Source: Phycisphaerae bacterium
Lineage (GTDB): Bacteria > Planctomycetota > Phycisphaerae > Sedimentisphaerales > UBA12454
Assembly: GCA_041478555.1 (NCBI GenBank)
Contig: JBGOWI010000005.1
Location: 20,365 to 84,364, forward strand
DNA length: 64,000 bases
Reading direction: 5' to 3'
The notes under the pieces are model-generated. The model was given only the letters and a program-made list of their open reading frames with translations, searched no databases and was not told the origin of the DNA. Each line of letters begins with the position of its first letter. Within the stretch, counting starts at the first letter, position 1. Positions 1 through 8,735 of this stretch are shown one piece after another. The position numbers and the translations under genes were made by a program.

Positions 1-146
1 GAAAGTGCCCTTTTCCCTTAAGGGGAAATTAGCCCCAAAATCTGGGTCCCCCGTATTCATACTTTTATGTATGAATCTCGGCTACAATAATTATTTAATT
101 GTCGGTTGTAATTGTCCCCGGAACGTTGCGTAAAGTCAAATAGTTT

Positions 147-2144
147 TTATGAAAACTTAATCGGCGGTTTTGGTTTTTTCTTTTTGAGTTTTCCGCCTAA
201 TTTACTCGTTGTCGGCACAAGACCGATCTGCTCGGCAGCCTCTTTTTCCTGGATGTGTTTTCTTATGACATATTGCTCAACAAGTCCTGCGACCGTGCTC
301 GACATTATGTAAAGATTCAGCCCCGAAGGCGCTCTGTAAAGAAACAGAAGCATCATTATGGGCATCATCCACATCATCATTTTCTGCTGTTGAGCCGCCT
401 GCGGATTTGCTGCAGATGCTGAGGATGGCGTGAATTTTTGCTGTGCAAACATCGCTGCGCCAAGCAGAATGGGCAGAAGATTAAAACTTGTTCCGATAAG
501 TGCGCCGATAAACGGGATTTTTTCCGTGGCTGCCGGAAGACCGAACAGTGCATCCGGCGCCGAAAGGTCGGTAATCCAGAAGGGCAGAAACGTGGCTCCT
601 CTGAATTCGATGCCCGCGTAAATGGCACTGTAAAGCGCAATCCAGATGGGCATCTGAAGCAGCATAGGCAGGCAGCCCAGCACCGGCGAAGCACCATGTT
701 CCTTGTAAAGCTGCATCATTTGCTTGTTTAATTCGGCTTTGTTGTCGCCGTACTTCTTTTTAATTTCCTCCGCCTTGGGAGCCAGCTTTGACATCTTCAT
801 CATTGAAACCTGACTTTTTTTAGTTACCGGATGCAGCAGAAGGCGCACAACGAAAACGAAGATTATAATAACAATGCCGTAATTCGGAAGGTATTGATAC
901 AGCCAGTTCATAGCAGCGAGGATTAGAAAACTTAAGCTGCTGAAAGTGTCTCCACAGCAGGCCTGGAAATCGATTACCTTTATGAAACCCAGACTTTTGT
1001 AAAGCGGCACCGAATTAAAAAGATTTCTGTCCTTTGGACCGATATAAACCTGAAAGCTGCAGGTGTGTTCTGCTTTCGGGGCGAGGGCGACAGTTTCTGT
1101 CTGCAGCGCGACGCCTGTGTTTTCATCGTTGCTGTTTGTTATTCCGTCGGGGTTATAGTATATTGCGGATTTTTCTGCTATCCATTCGGCGGATAAATTG
1201 TTCTGGTCGTGCGGAAGCGGTCTTATAATAGCGGTGAAGTATTTATTTGAGATTGATGTCCAGAGGAATTTGTAGTCGGCGTTTTTATGGAATAGCGGCG
1301 CCTTCCCGCCGAAATCCTTGGCAAGCTTTTTGATATTTATCTTTGTTACTTCAACAGAGCCCTGAGGGCTTAAAAAGCCGGTTGTTATTGTTCTTGTATC
1401 GACCCTTTCGTTTTCTCTTGATATTCCGACCGGCCCAAGCATATCGAGCGAGGTTTTAATTTCAGAATTGCTCAAGTTGGCCAGGGTGATATCACAATTC
1501 AGCAGATAATCTTCGGGCTTGAGCGTATAGGTTTTTGTCAGCTTGACGAGTTCACTGTTGTCTTTCAGGATTGTTGCGTAAAAATTTATTGTTTGTGCGC
1601 CATTGCTGTTTTGCGTTATGCCGCTGCTTTGCCAGTTGAGCCTGTCGAGAGGAAAAGCCTTTGCCCAATCCGGCAGCAGCAGTTTTTTATCTGCCAGGGT
1701 GTTTGCCTTCTCGACTGAAGACAGCAGTTCGAGCGGCTGGGGATTTTTGCGGTCGCGGTTGTCATAGTCTCGAAGCCTTGCCGATAATACGGCAGCGCCT
1801 TTTGTAGTAAGCGTAAGCTCGAGTTTGTAAGGGTTGTTATTTTCGGCCGGCAGAACCGAGCCGAGCGTAAATGTTTTTTCTTCGGCGTTGGTAGCGGTAA
1901 TCTGGGACGTGGAAACAGGTGTATCCGGCAGGGGGGCAATCTCAGGCAGGGCTTTTTGAACGGGCAGATTGGCCTCAGCAGCAAGAGTTAAGATTCTTTT
2001 TTCAGTGTTTTGTCGCTTTGAAGATATACCTGATATACCTGCCCGTTGCGACGCGGTCGCACCGCGGCGAAAATTGAATATCAGGATAGCGCATACAATC
2101 AGATATGCAGAGACAAACACGATGGCCGGCTTTTTTATACTCAT
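147..2144 (-). CDS. yidC: Membrane protein insertase YidC
   Basis: 665 aa; large periplasmic domain then YidC motifs (YIGPKD, NYGIVII..VRLLLHP, GCLPMLLQMPIW, WITDLSAPD, PSGLNLY). Confidence 0.95.
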   Translation of the reverse strand: MSIKKPAIVFVSAYLIVCAILIFNFRRGATASQRAGISGISSKRQNTEKRILTLAAEANLPVQKALPEIAPLPDTPVSTSQITATNAEEKTFTLGSVLPAENNNPYKLELTLTTKGAAVLSARLRDYDNRDRKNPQPLELLSSVEKANTLADKKLLLPDWAKAFPLDRLNWQSSGITQNSNGAQTINFYATILKDNSELVKLTKTYTLKPEDYLLNCDITLANLSNSEIKTSLDMLGPVGISRENERVDTRTITTGFLSPQGSVEVTKINIKKLAKDFGGKAPLFHKNADYKFLWTSISNKYFTAIIRPLPHDQNNLSAEWIAEKSAIYYNPDGITNSNDENTGVALQTETVALAPKAEHTCSFQVYIGPKDRNLFNSVPLYKSLGFIKVIDFQACCGDTFSSLSFLILAAMNWLYQYLPNYGIVIIIFVFVVRLLLHPVTKKSQVSMMKMSKLAPKAEEIKKKYGDNKAELNKQMMQLYKEHGASPVLGCLPMLLQMPIWIALYSAIYAGIEFRGATFLPFWITDLSAPDALFGLPAATEKIPFIGALIGTSFNLLPILLGAAMFAQQKFTPSSASAANPQAAQQQKMMMWMMPIMMLLFLYRAPSGLNLYIMSSTVAGLVEQYVIRKHIQEKEAAEQIGLVPTTSKLGGKLKKKKPKPPIKFS
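2042..2068. repeat. 27-bp palindromic repeat lying in frame inside yidC
   Basis: cccgttgcgacgcggtcgcaccgcggc is the exact reverse complement of intergenic 6549-6575. Confidence 0.9.
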
Positions 2145-2149
2145 GATTT

Positions 2150-2926
2150 TTATCGTCCTTCGCTTAGCCTGTCGGCCTCAAAGTTGTCGAGCTCCTCGAT
2201 ACTGTAGATTTTCTTTTGCGTGGTTTTGTAATCATATTCGAGCCTGACAAAGTGAATGTTGTTTTGCTCGATATAGACATAGCTTGCCCTGTTGTCCTTA
2301 TCTCTCGGCTGGCCTATGGAGCCGACATTTATAATAGCTCTTTCTTCAGGTATTATGGGATAGATATAGTCAAGCTCATCCGGAGTGTAAAAATCAGGGT
2401 CATCGAGAAAAACGCCCGGCAGGTGAGTGTGGCCTATAAAGCAGATGTGCTTAACGCGGTCGAATTGCGAGGTTATTTTTGCCGGTGTGGTATATACGTC
2501 GTCGGGGAAGATATATTCGTTGATAGGTCTTCTTGGTGAGGCGTGCACGAAGTCCAGAATGGCTTTTGCGCCGTTAAGCTCTGTAGAAAGTGTCCATCTC
2601 ATCTGTTGACTTCCGAGATAATTCCAGCGGTTGTGCCGTTTTTTGGGGTCCTGTTCGATTTCGAGCTGACTTCTTGTCCAGAAGCTTGCCCGTTCGGCGC
2701 CGAGGTTGAAATTTGTCGGCTCGTACAGTATCGCATAATCGTGATTGCCCATGACGCAGGCTTGTGTTTTATCTATGACCAGGTCGAGACAGTCCTTCGG
2801 GTCGGGGCCATAACCGATTATGTCGCCGAGGCAGTAAATTGTTTTTATGCCCCTTTTTTCGATGTCCGCCAGCACGGTTGTCAGTGCTTCGAGATTTGAA
2901 TGTATGTCGCTTATTATTGCAAACAT
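2150..2926 (-). CDS. Metallophosphoesterase family protein
   Basis: Motifs SDIHSN, LGDIIGYGP, GNHD, GHTH, INVGSIGQPRD. Confidence 0.9.
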   Translation of the reverse strand: MFAIISDIHSNLEALTTVLADIEKRGIKTIYCLGDIIGYGPDPKDCLDLVIDKTQACVMGNHDYAILYEPTNFNLGAERASFWTRSQLEIEQDPKKRHNRWNYLGSQQMRWTLSTELNGAKAILDFVHASPRRPINEYIFPDDVYTTPAKITSQFDRVKHICFIGHTHLPGVFLDDPDFYTPDELDYIYPIIPEERAIINVGSIGQPRDKDNRASYVYIEQNNIHFVRLEYDYKTTQKKIYSIEELDNFEADRLSEGR

Positions 2927-2957
2927 GCAGTATTCCCGCTGAACTAAACCACTATTT

Positions 2958-3017
2958 GTTCACCCCGTTAGAGAACTTTTTCTTTTTCGGTTTCTTTCGT
3001 TCTCTAACGGGGTTCAC
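2958..3017. mobile_element. Miniature inverted-repeat element (CCCGTTAGAGAAC...GTTCTCTAACGGG) with 6-bp direct repeat GTTCAC
   Basis: gttcac 2958-2963, 13-bp perfect inverted termini bounding 2964-3011, gttcac 3012-3017. Confidence 0.7.
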
Positions 3018-3114
3018 AGTCAGAAATGATACTTATACCAGAAAAATTGCTGTTATTCCAGTATCAAATAAACCTGCGTCAAAGAAGACTTGTGGTATCG
3101 GGACGTGATGGCTG

Positions 3115-3969
3115 TTACTCTTTGGTTCCTTCGAGCCAGTATTCTGACATAATCTGCAAGTCCTTGGTGTCAACAGGGCCGTCGCCGGTCAGGTCGGTGC
3201 CGAGCCGGCAGTTGGCATTTGGGTCACTATAATAGTTATTGGGGTCATTGCAGTTGCAGAGCCAATCTGCAGCTAAAAGAGCAAAATCATGGAAATCGGT
3301 AGTGCAGTCCAGGTTGATATCGCCACCATCAGAGGCATCTTCGCACAGGACAAGTCCGTCAATGGCAAAATAGGACTCGTAAATTATATCACAAAAATCT
3401 GTTACGCTTATTGTCAGGTCATAAGTTCCAGCCTGATTGGCGTCGAAGGTGTATTCAAATCTTTTCCATCCCTTTGTTGAGCCGTAATTATTTACGTCGG
3501 CTACCGATATGTGGATAACTGGTATGCTTAGATTTGGATCTTCTATTAGTATAAGTTTTATTTCTCCATAGTCGTCGAATCGCAGATAATCGCATGTTCC
3601 GAAGAAATAAGCTCCGGTAAGTTTATTTCCGGGGTTTATGGTGATCTGCTGCCATATCTTGGCGTATTGTGGTTCGGGGGAAAAATTACCTGTACTAAGT
3701 GTAAGAAAGTAGTTGCCCTCGTACGGATAAAGTCCAATTTCGGGATCGATCTGCCATTGGGACGGGCTTCCTCCGCTTACCGGATTAGGAACAAAGTGGT
3801 GAACAACAGCAGTGTAGTTTTCATGCTGCCAGCCGGTAGGCGTGTTGAAATCGGGATTCGTATCGAAGAGTTCAAATCTTCCGTTATAAGGTGCAGATAT
3901 GACTTGTGTGGTTAGAAAAACAGAAAGCAGGCTAATGGCACCCCAGAAATGTGCACATTTACAATTCAT
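3115..3969 (-). CDS. Secreted hypothetical protein with C-terminal dockerin-like repeats
   Basis: 284 aa; signal peptide; GDINLDCTTDFHDFALLAADWL and TDLTGDGPVDTKDLQIMSEYWL. Confidence 0.8.
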   Translation of the reverse strand: MNCKCAHFWGAISLLSVFLTTQVISAPYNGRFELFDTNPDFNTPTGWQHENYTAVVHHFVPNPVSGGSPSQWQIDPEIGLYPYEGNYFLTLSTGNFSPEPQYAKIWQQITINPGNKLTGAYFFGTCDYLRFDDYGEIKLILIEDPNLSIPVIHISVADVNNYGSTKGWKRFEYTFDANQAGTYDLTISVTDFCDIIYESYFAIDGLVLCEDASDGGDINLDCTTDFHDFALLAADWLCNCNDPNNYYSDPNANCRLGTDLTGDGPVDTKDLQIMSEYWLEGTKE

Positions 3970-4013
3970 ATTATCCTATAATGGCAAACAATACCACTGT
4001 CTCGATTGTTTAT

Positions 4014-4042
4014 ATTATAATCCCGCGGGTGCAGAAAATCAA
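4014..4042 (-). promoter_or_regulatory. sigma70-type promoter for the 3969 gene
   Basis: TTGATT-17 bp-TATAAT on minus strand about 45 bp upstream of ATG. Confidence 0.6.
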
Positions 4043-4371
4043 GAAAAATCGGCACCGGAGGGTTTTTATACGGTAAGGACAGTATTTTTAAGGTCTTATA
4101 AAGAGTTGCTTAAGGAGGAGGGGGTGTTTGTATTTGCGGGCCTGGAGGTGCGATATCAACGCAGATGTTTCATAGCAGTCTTTCGCAGCATTTTTCTTAA
4201 CTGTCGAACAAGAGGGTTTCTCGGTGCCGGTTCAAGTATGCCCAGAGCCGGCCTTCGGCAAAAAATCAGGACTTTAAGCATAAGTTTTTCGACGAATGCA
4301 GGTGCTTTCAATCTGCCGAAGAGCAATCTGCTGTAAAAAAAGATTTGCAGTAAGTCGAAGATTTTTTTCAT

Positions 4372-4761
4372 TTGTCCGTGTGTCATAAAGACAGGCTTTC
4401 TTACGTGGCGCAGGTTCTTGGGGAAATGCAATATAATGATTTGCTCCAGCAGGTCTGCAGAAAGACAAAAAACGTTTTAATAGCGGGCAATCCGAAAGGC
4501 AGACAAAGGCCTGAGTACTACCTGGAATTGGCCTGGCTGAGCCAGCGGCTCAGTGAGGTTTCTGATGCAATAGACTTTTATGAACGTGCGCTGGATTTGA
4601 ATTATGCCAACGTTTACTGGAGGATGGATTTTGCCGAGTTTCTGGCTCAAAATGGTCGGCCCCAAAAGGCCGCCGAGCAGGCCCGTATATGCCTTAGAAT
4701 CAAACCAGGTTTCGACAGGGCTGAAGGATTACTTGCTGAGCTATTAACTCGGAAAGAATAG
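4372..4761 (+). pseudogene. 3' fragment (TPR region) of a paralogue of the O-antigen ligase/TPR gene
   Basis: DRLSYVAQVL..YANVYWRMDFAEFLAQNG..ARICLRIKP..AEGLLAEL aligns by eye with KRLKYVAGML..YGNADLRLKFAKALAENG..LRICLKLKP..AEKLLAEL of 13735-16299; TTG start without RBS. Confidence 0.6.
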
Positions 4762-4797
4762 AACCTCTGAGGGGATTTTTTCTTTTGCTATAAAGCA

Positions 4798-4914
4798 GTA
4801 AACCCCCACACTTTTACAGAAAACCACGGCTGTAAAGCTGTGGATGAATGCGATTATTCCCCCACACAGGCGAGGAATAGGTAGAGCCATACCGATAAAG
4901 GTGTGGGGGTAAAG
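4798..4914. mobile_element. Miniature inverted-repeat element (CCCCACAC...GTGTGGGG) flanked by GTAAAC/GTAAAG
   Basis: 11/12 inverted termini bounding 4804-4908; internal hairpin ccacggctgtaaagctgtgg. Confidence 0.6.
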
Positions 4915-5169
4915 AGGAGCATCAAATTAACACAATGTGGATAGCGTATTGTTTTAATTGTTTATAGGACTTAATTTTTTGATGATGTGAAATCTTCAGG
5001 AGGTTATGTCAGATTTTATTTTGTTTGTAAGTCTTTGTAAATGAAAGGCATATACAGTAAAAAATTTTTTGCATGAGGAGTATTTCGTAGATTGGGTTTA
5101 TATTTATGGTGGTTTTAGTCAATTATGGCTATGTAGGGAATTTTTAAGTATTTAGAGTTGATTATTGGC

Positions 5170-5198
5170 TTGACAAAGTCGCCTGATTTTGGTATTTT
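5170..5198 (+). promoter_or_regulatory. sigma70-type promoter of the LRR gene
   Basis: TTGACA-17 bp-TATTTT with TG extension. Confidence 0.6.
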
Positions 5199-5323
5199 AT
5201 AGGTTGTGTATAATTTAGGGAAAGTAGAGAAGAAAGGGAATGTAGTACTTTTATTTTGTGGGTGATACCACAGATTCCGGCTTAAGAACCGAACTGGATG
5301 CGATAGCATAGGAGGTAATAATT

Positions 5324-6493
5324 ATGAAACGCATATTTGTTTTTTTATTGGTTTTAGCAGTTGCCGGTATTTCTCAGGCAGCACCGGTAGTATTTAATGA
5401 CCCCAATCTCAAGGCTGCCGTCGAGGCCAAGCTTGGTATAACAGACCCAACCGCGACAGAGATGTTGTTGTTGACTTCTCTTGATGCCAACTCGCTGGGG
5501 ATTTCCGACCTGACAGGGCTTGAGTATGCGACAAATCTGACAACTCTTTATCTTTGCAACAATATTTTCGGCGACCTCGGTCCGCTCTCCGGCCTGACAA
5601 AGATGAAATATCTTTACCTGTGGGGCAATCCCCATATTACCAGTTTGTCCTCTCTTGCAAATATGAGCGATTTAAGGTATCTCAGGGCGTCCGGCTGCAA
5701 CATCGCTTACATCTACGTGGTATCAAATTTCAAAAAACTGGAGTGGTTGCATTTAAGCGATAACCTGATTTCCAATATAACGCCCGTGGCCGATATTAAT
5801 TCCCTTAAGTATTTGTACCTTTCTCTCAATGATATCTCAGATATTAATGTCTTGGCAGACCCGGATGTAAACAACATCAGGGAACTGGACTTGTCCGACA
5901 ATTTTATCTCGGATATAAATGCGCTTTCGGGTTTAACAAACCTAGTGAATTTGAAGCTGCGTTACAATGACCTCGGTAATATAAACCCGCTTTCGGGTTT
6001 GACAAAACTTCAGTATCTTTACCTGTCGGGCAACGATAATATTACAGACATCAATGCCGTGAAAAATATGAACAGCCTGGTGGAATTGGCACTTACCGAT
6101 GTCAATATAAGTGATATTTCTCCGCTTGCTGATGTTAATCAAATTAAGTACTTGTGGCTTGGATACAATCTAATAGAGGACATAAAGGCACTGACGAAAT
6201 TCAACAACCTGACTACACTCAATCTTAGTTATAATCCATTGAGTTTTGAGTCATGGTGTGTTTATCTTAAGCAGATTATCAATAACAAGCCCTCTGCCAC
6301 TATACTCTGTAATGTGCTTCTTAATGACCGTTTTACTGATATGAATGATATGCAAACTTTTGCCAGTAAGTGGTTGAGGCAAAATTGCAGTCTTGCCAAT
6401 GGCGATTGTAGCGGTGCGGACTTTGACGAGTCCGGCGAAGTGGACTTTTGGGATTTTGCTGTTTTCGCCAATTGGTGGATGTATCAGCCTTAA
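5324..6493 (+). CDS. Secreted internalin-like leucine-rich repeat protein with C-terminal dockerin-like domain
   Basis: Signal peptide, FNDPNLKAAV cap, about 22-aa LxxLxLxxNxIxDI repeats, ADFDESGEVDFWDFAVFANWW; RBS GGAGG. Confidence 0.9.
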   Translation: MKRIFVFLLVLAVAGISQAAPVVFNDPNLKAAVEAKLGITDPTATEMLLLTSLDANSLGISDLTGLEYATNLTTLYLCNNIFGDLGPLSGLTKMKYLYLWGNPHITSLSSLANMSDLRYLRASGCNIAYIYVVSNFKKLEWLHLSDNLISNITPVADINSLKYLYLSLNDISDINVLADPDVNNIRELDLSDNFISDINALSGLTNLVNLKLRYNDLGNINPLSGLTKLQYLYLSGNDNITDINAVKNMNSLVELALTDVNISDISPLADVNQIKYLWLGYNLIEDIKALTKFNNLTTLNLSYNPLSFESWCVYLKQIINNKPSATILCNVLLNDRFTDMNDMQTFASKWLRQNCSLANGDCSGADFDESGEVDFWDFAVFANWWMYQP

Positions 6494-6514
6494 AAGGTTT
6501 ATTTTGTGATACAT

Positions 6515-6544
6515 AAAAGGCCGCTGTAACAGGCGGCCTTTTTT
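6515..6544. terminator. Bidirectional intrinsic terminator
   Basis: aaaaggccgc-tgtaacag-gcggcctttttt between convergent genes. Confidence 0.8.
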
Positions 6545-6548
6545 ATTT

Positions 6549-6575
6549 GCCGCGGTGCGACCGCGTCGCAACGGG
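6549..6575. repeat. Intergenic copy of the 27-bp palindromic repeat
   Basis: Exact reverse complement of 2042-2068. Confidence 0.9.
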
Positions 6576-6738
6576 TGCGCTCAAGGCAAACAGGCAACTC
6601 TGCCGATAAAATAAGGAGAGCCGAAAAGGCTCTCCTTATGACTCAGTTCGCTTTCAAAGCAGACCGGCGGGACTTCGTCGAAAACCAAACCTGCTCGTGC
6701 GAACCGCAGAGGTTTAGTTCGGCAGGCTCACTACAGGT

Positions 6739-7578
6739 TTAAATTCCAAAAATAATTCTTAATCGTTTCGTCAGACCTTGCGGCAGAATTGCCGCTATTG
6801 AACGAATTAGCACATTCCGCAGAAACTGCCGTCTGTTTACAAAGCCGATTTTCAGAAATTCTTTTTGCAGTCTTATCTGCTGAACGGCTCTTTTGAGGCC
6901 GCTTCGTCTTTTGAGAAGCTCTTTTTCCCACCTGTGATAATAAAGCACCTGCCCAATGGTCGCCATTTTAGCGCCGTTTAGAAGCATTTTTGCCCAAAGG
7001 AGGTAATCCTCAAGACCGGCAAAAGGCATATAATTTCCTGCTTCCAGAACGGCTTTTTTGCGAAACATACTCGGGGCGTGATTCATACAGAATCTAAACC
7101 TGAACTTTTTTTCTATCTCATTATGGAGCAGGGGGCTGCGTCTTACAAACAGAACCTTTTCAGGACTCCGCTCAAAAGCGGCGAGATAACAGCTTACCAC
7201 GTCGATGTCAGGATTATTTTTTAGAAACGTTAATTGTTTTTCGAATCTTTGCGGCGAACTTAAATCGTCGGCATCCATTCGGGCGACAATGTCAAAACTG
7301 CACTTTTTTATGCCTTCGGCAAGGGCAATGCCAAGTCCCTTATTTTCTTCGAGATTTATAACTTTTAAAAGACCGTCTGTTTTTTGTTCGTATTCGTTGA
7401 TTACCTCTTCAAGCTCCGCACCGACAGGTCCATCCTTAACCAGCACAATCTCATTCGGCTTTGCAGTCTGAGCAAGAACGCTGTCAATCGCATCTCTGAA
7501 AAATTCAGGCTTGTCCTTCTCGTAAACGCTCATAAGGACGGAAAATTTCGGCAGGTTTTTATCGTTAAGCGGACTCAT
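6739..7578 (-). CDS. Glycosyltransferase family 2
   Basis: FSVLMSVY, VLVKDGP, ARMDADD, EDY motifs. Confidence 0.92.
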   Translation of the reverse strand: MSPLNDKNLPKFSVLMSVYEKDKPEFFRDAIDSVLAQTAKPNEIVLVKDGPVGAELEEVINEYEQKTDGLLKVINLEENKGLGIALAEGIKKCSFDIVARMDADDLSSPQRFEKQLTFLKNNPDIDVVSCYLAAFERSPEKVLFVRRSPLLHNEIEKKFRFRFCMNHAPSMFRKKAVLEAGNYMPFAGLEDYLLWAKMLLNGAKMATIGQVLYYHRWEKELLKRRSGLKRAVQQIRLQKEFLKIGFVNRRQFLRNVLIRSIAAILPQGLTKRLRIIFGI

Positions 7579-7583
7579 ATCTT

Positions 7584-8729
7584 TTATAAGACTCCGAGTT
7601 TCCGGTAAACTTCGACAAGTTTATCGACCATTTTTTCGCTCGTGAAATTCTTCTGCCACTTTTCAAAACCGGCTGTTCTCATCGGTTCGAAGTCTCCGGC
7701 CTTGTGTGTAAAAACATATTGCAGAAGGTCGGCCAAACCTTTTGGGTCTTTTGGCTTGCAGAGCAGACCCGTTTTTTTATCGTCGATAATTTCTCCCACG
7801 CCTCCGGTATTGCTTGCGATAACCAGCTTCCTAAGGCTCATCGCCTCGAGTATGCAGTTTGGCACGCCTTCGCTGTCGGACGGCAGAACGACCACCGATA
7901 TTCCTACAAGGGCGCTGAAAACATCTTTAGTGTAGCCATAAAATTCAATCTGGTCGGAGACACCAAATTTGCCAGCCAGTTTTTTTATTGCTGATGTATT
8001 ATTTTGTTTTTTACTGTCGGAGATTTTTGCGGCCAATTCGCCGCCGATAAGTCTGACCCTGATTATCAAATTCTTTTTCTTCAGTATGGCCATCGCCTTT
8101 ATAAGACAGTCGTGTCCCTTGCCCTGCGCAAAATTTGCAACCATGGCAATTCTTGCCGGCAGAGGTTTATCAGGTTCATCGCAAGGTTCATCTGGCTCGC
8201 CTATCTGGTCCCTGCCGTTTAAAAGTACGACGACTTTATTAGGATTGACTTTAGAGCAATTAATAATTTCGTCAGCGAGGTATTGACCGTTTACGACGTA
8301 ACAGTCAACCCAGCGGCTGGTAAGTTTGTCGAGCAGATGACAAAGTCTTTTTTTCCAGTTGGGATTTAAAGTGCCGCTGATGGATACTTCTGCACGCAGT
8401 ATATGCCGGATAGCATCTCTTTTTTTCCGGACGGCCCTGGCTATGAAACTTTCTATCAGAGGTGTTTGTATGACTGCGACATCTCTGTCTTTCAGTATTT
8501 TTGAAACTTCTTTTGCCGCAGAAAGTATTTTTGCCTTGCCCATAGGAACAGCAAACACCTCAAAACCGCGGGCGGCAAAGGCCTGCGCAAAGGGCGAATG
8601 TTTGTCCGAGGTTATAAGGACAGGTTTGAAGCAGCCTCGCGAAAACAACTTCTCCGCAAGCTTTACAATCTGCCATTGGATGCCACCCATATTCGCCGTA
8701 CTTTGTCTTATAAAAACAATCTCTTTCAT
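7584..8729 (-). CDS. Glycosyltransferase family 4
   Basis: KGHDCLIKA, VVVLPSDSEGVPNCILEAMS, ASNTGGVGE. Confidence 0.92.
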   Translation of the reverse strand: MKEIVFIRQSTANMGGIQWQIVKLAEKLFSRGCFKPVLITSDKHSPFAQAFAARGFEVFAVPMGKAKILSAAKEVSKILKDRDVAVIQTPLIESFIARAVRKKRDAIRHILRAEVSISGTLNPNWKKRLCHLLDKLTSRWVDCYVVNGQYLADEIINCSKVNPNKVVVLLNGRDQIGEPDEPCDEPDKPLPARIAMVANFAQGKGHDCLIKAMAILKKKNLIIRVRLIGGELAAKISDSKKQNNTSAIKKLAGKFGVSDQIEFYGYTKDVFSALVGISVVVLPSDSEGVPNCILEAMSLRKLVIASNTGGVGEIIDDKKTGLLCKPKDPKGLADLLQYVFTHKAGDFEPMRTAGFEKWQKNFTSEKMVDKLVEVYRKLGVL

Positions 8730-8735
8730 ATATTC

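Noticed and set aside
1-60. Possible gene start on the minus strand at ATG 60
   Set aside because: Only 20 codons are visible; cannot be supported
2964-3011. GTTAGA/TCTAAC boxes as an integron attC site
   Set aside because: The order is reversed relative to attC (RYYYAAC first, GTTRRRY last), and there is no integrase or cassette array
4823-4843. Hairpin resembling an IS200/IS605 end
   Set aside because: No tnpA or tnpB nearby; recorded only as part of the mini-element
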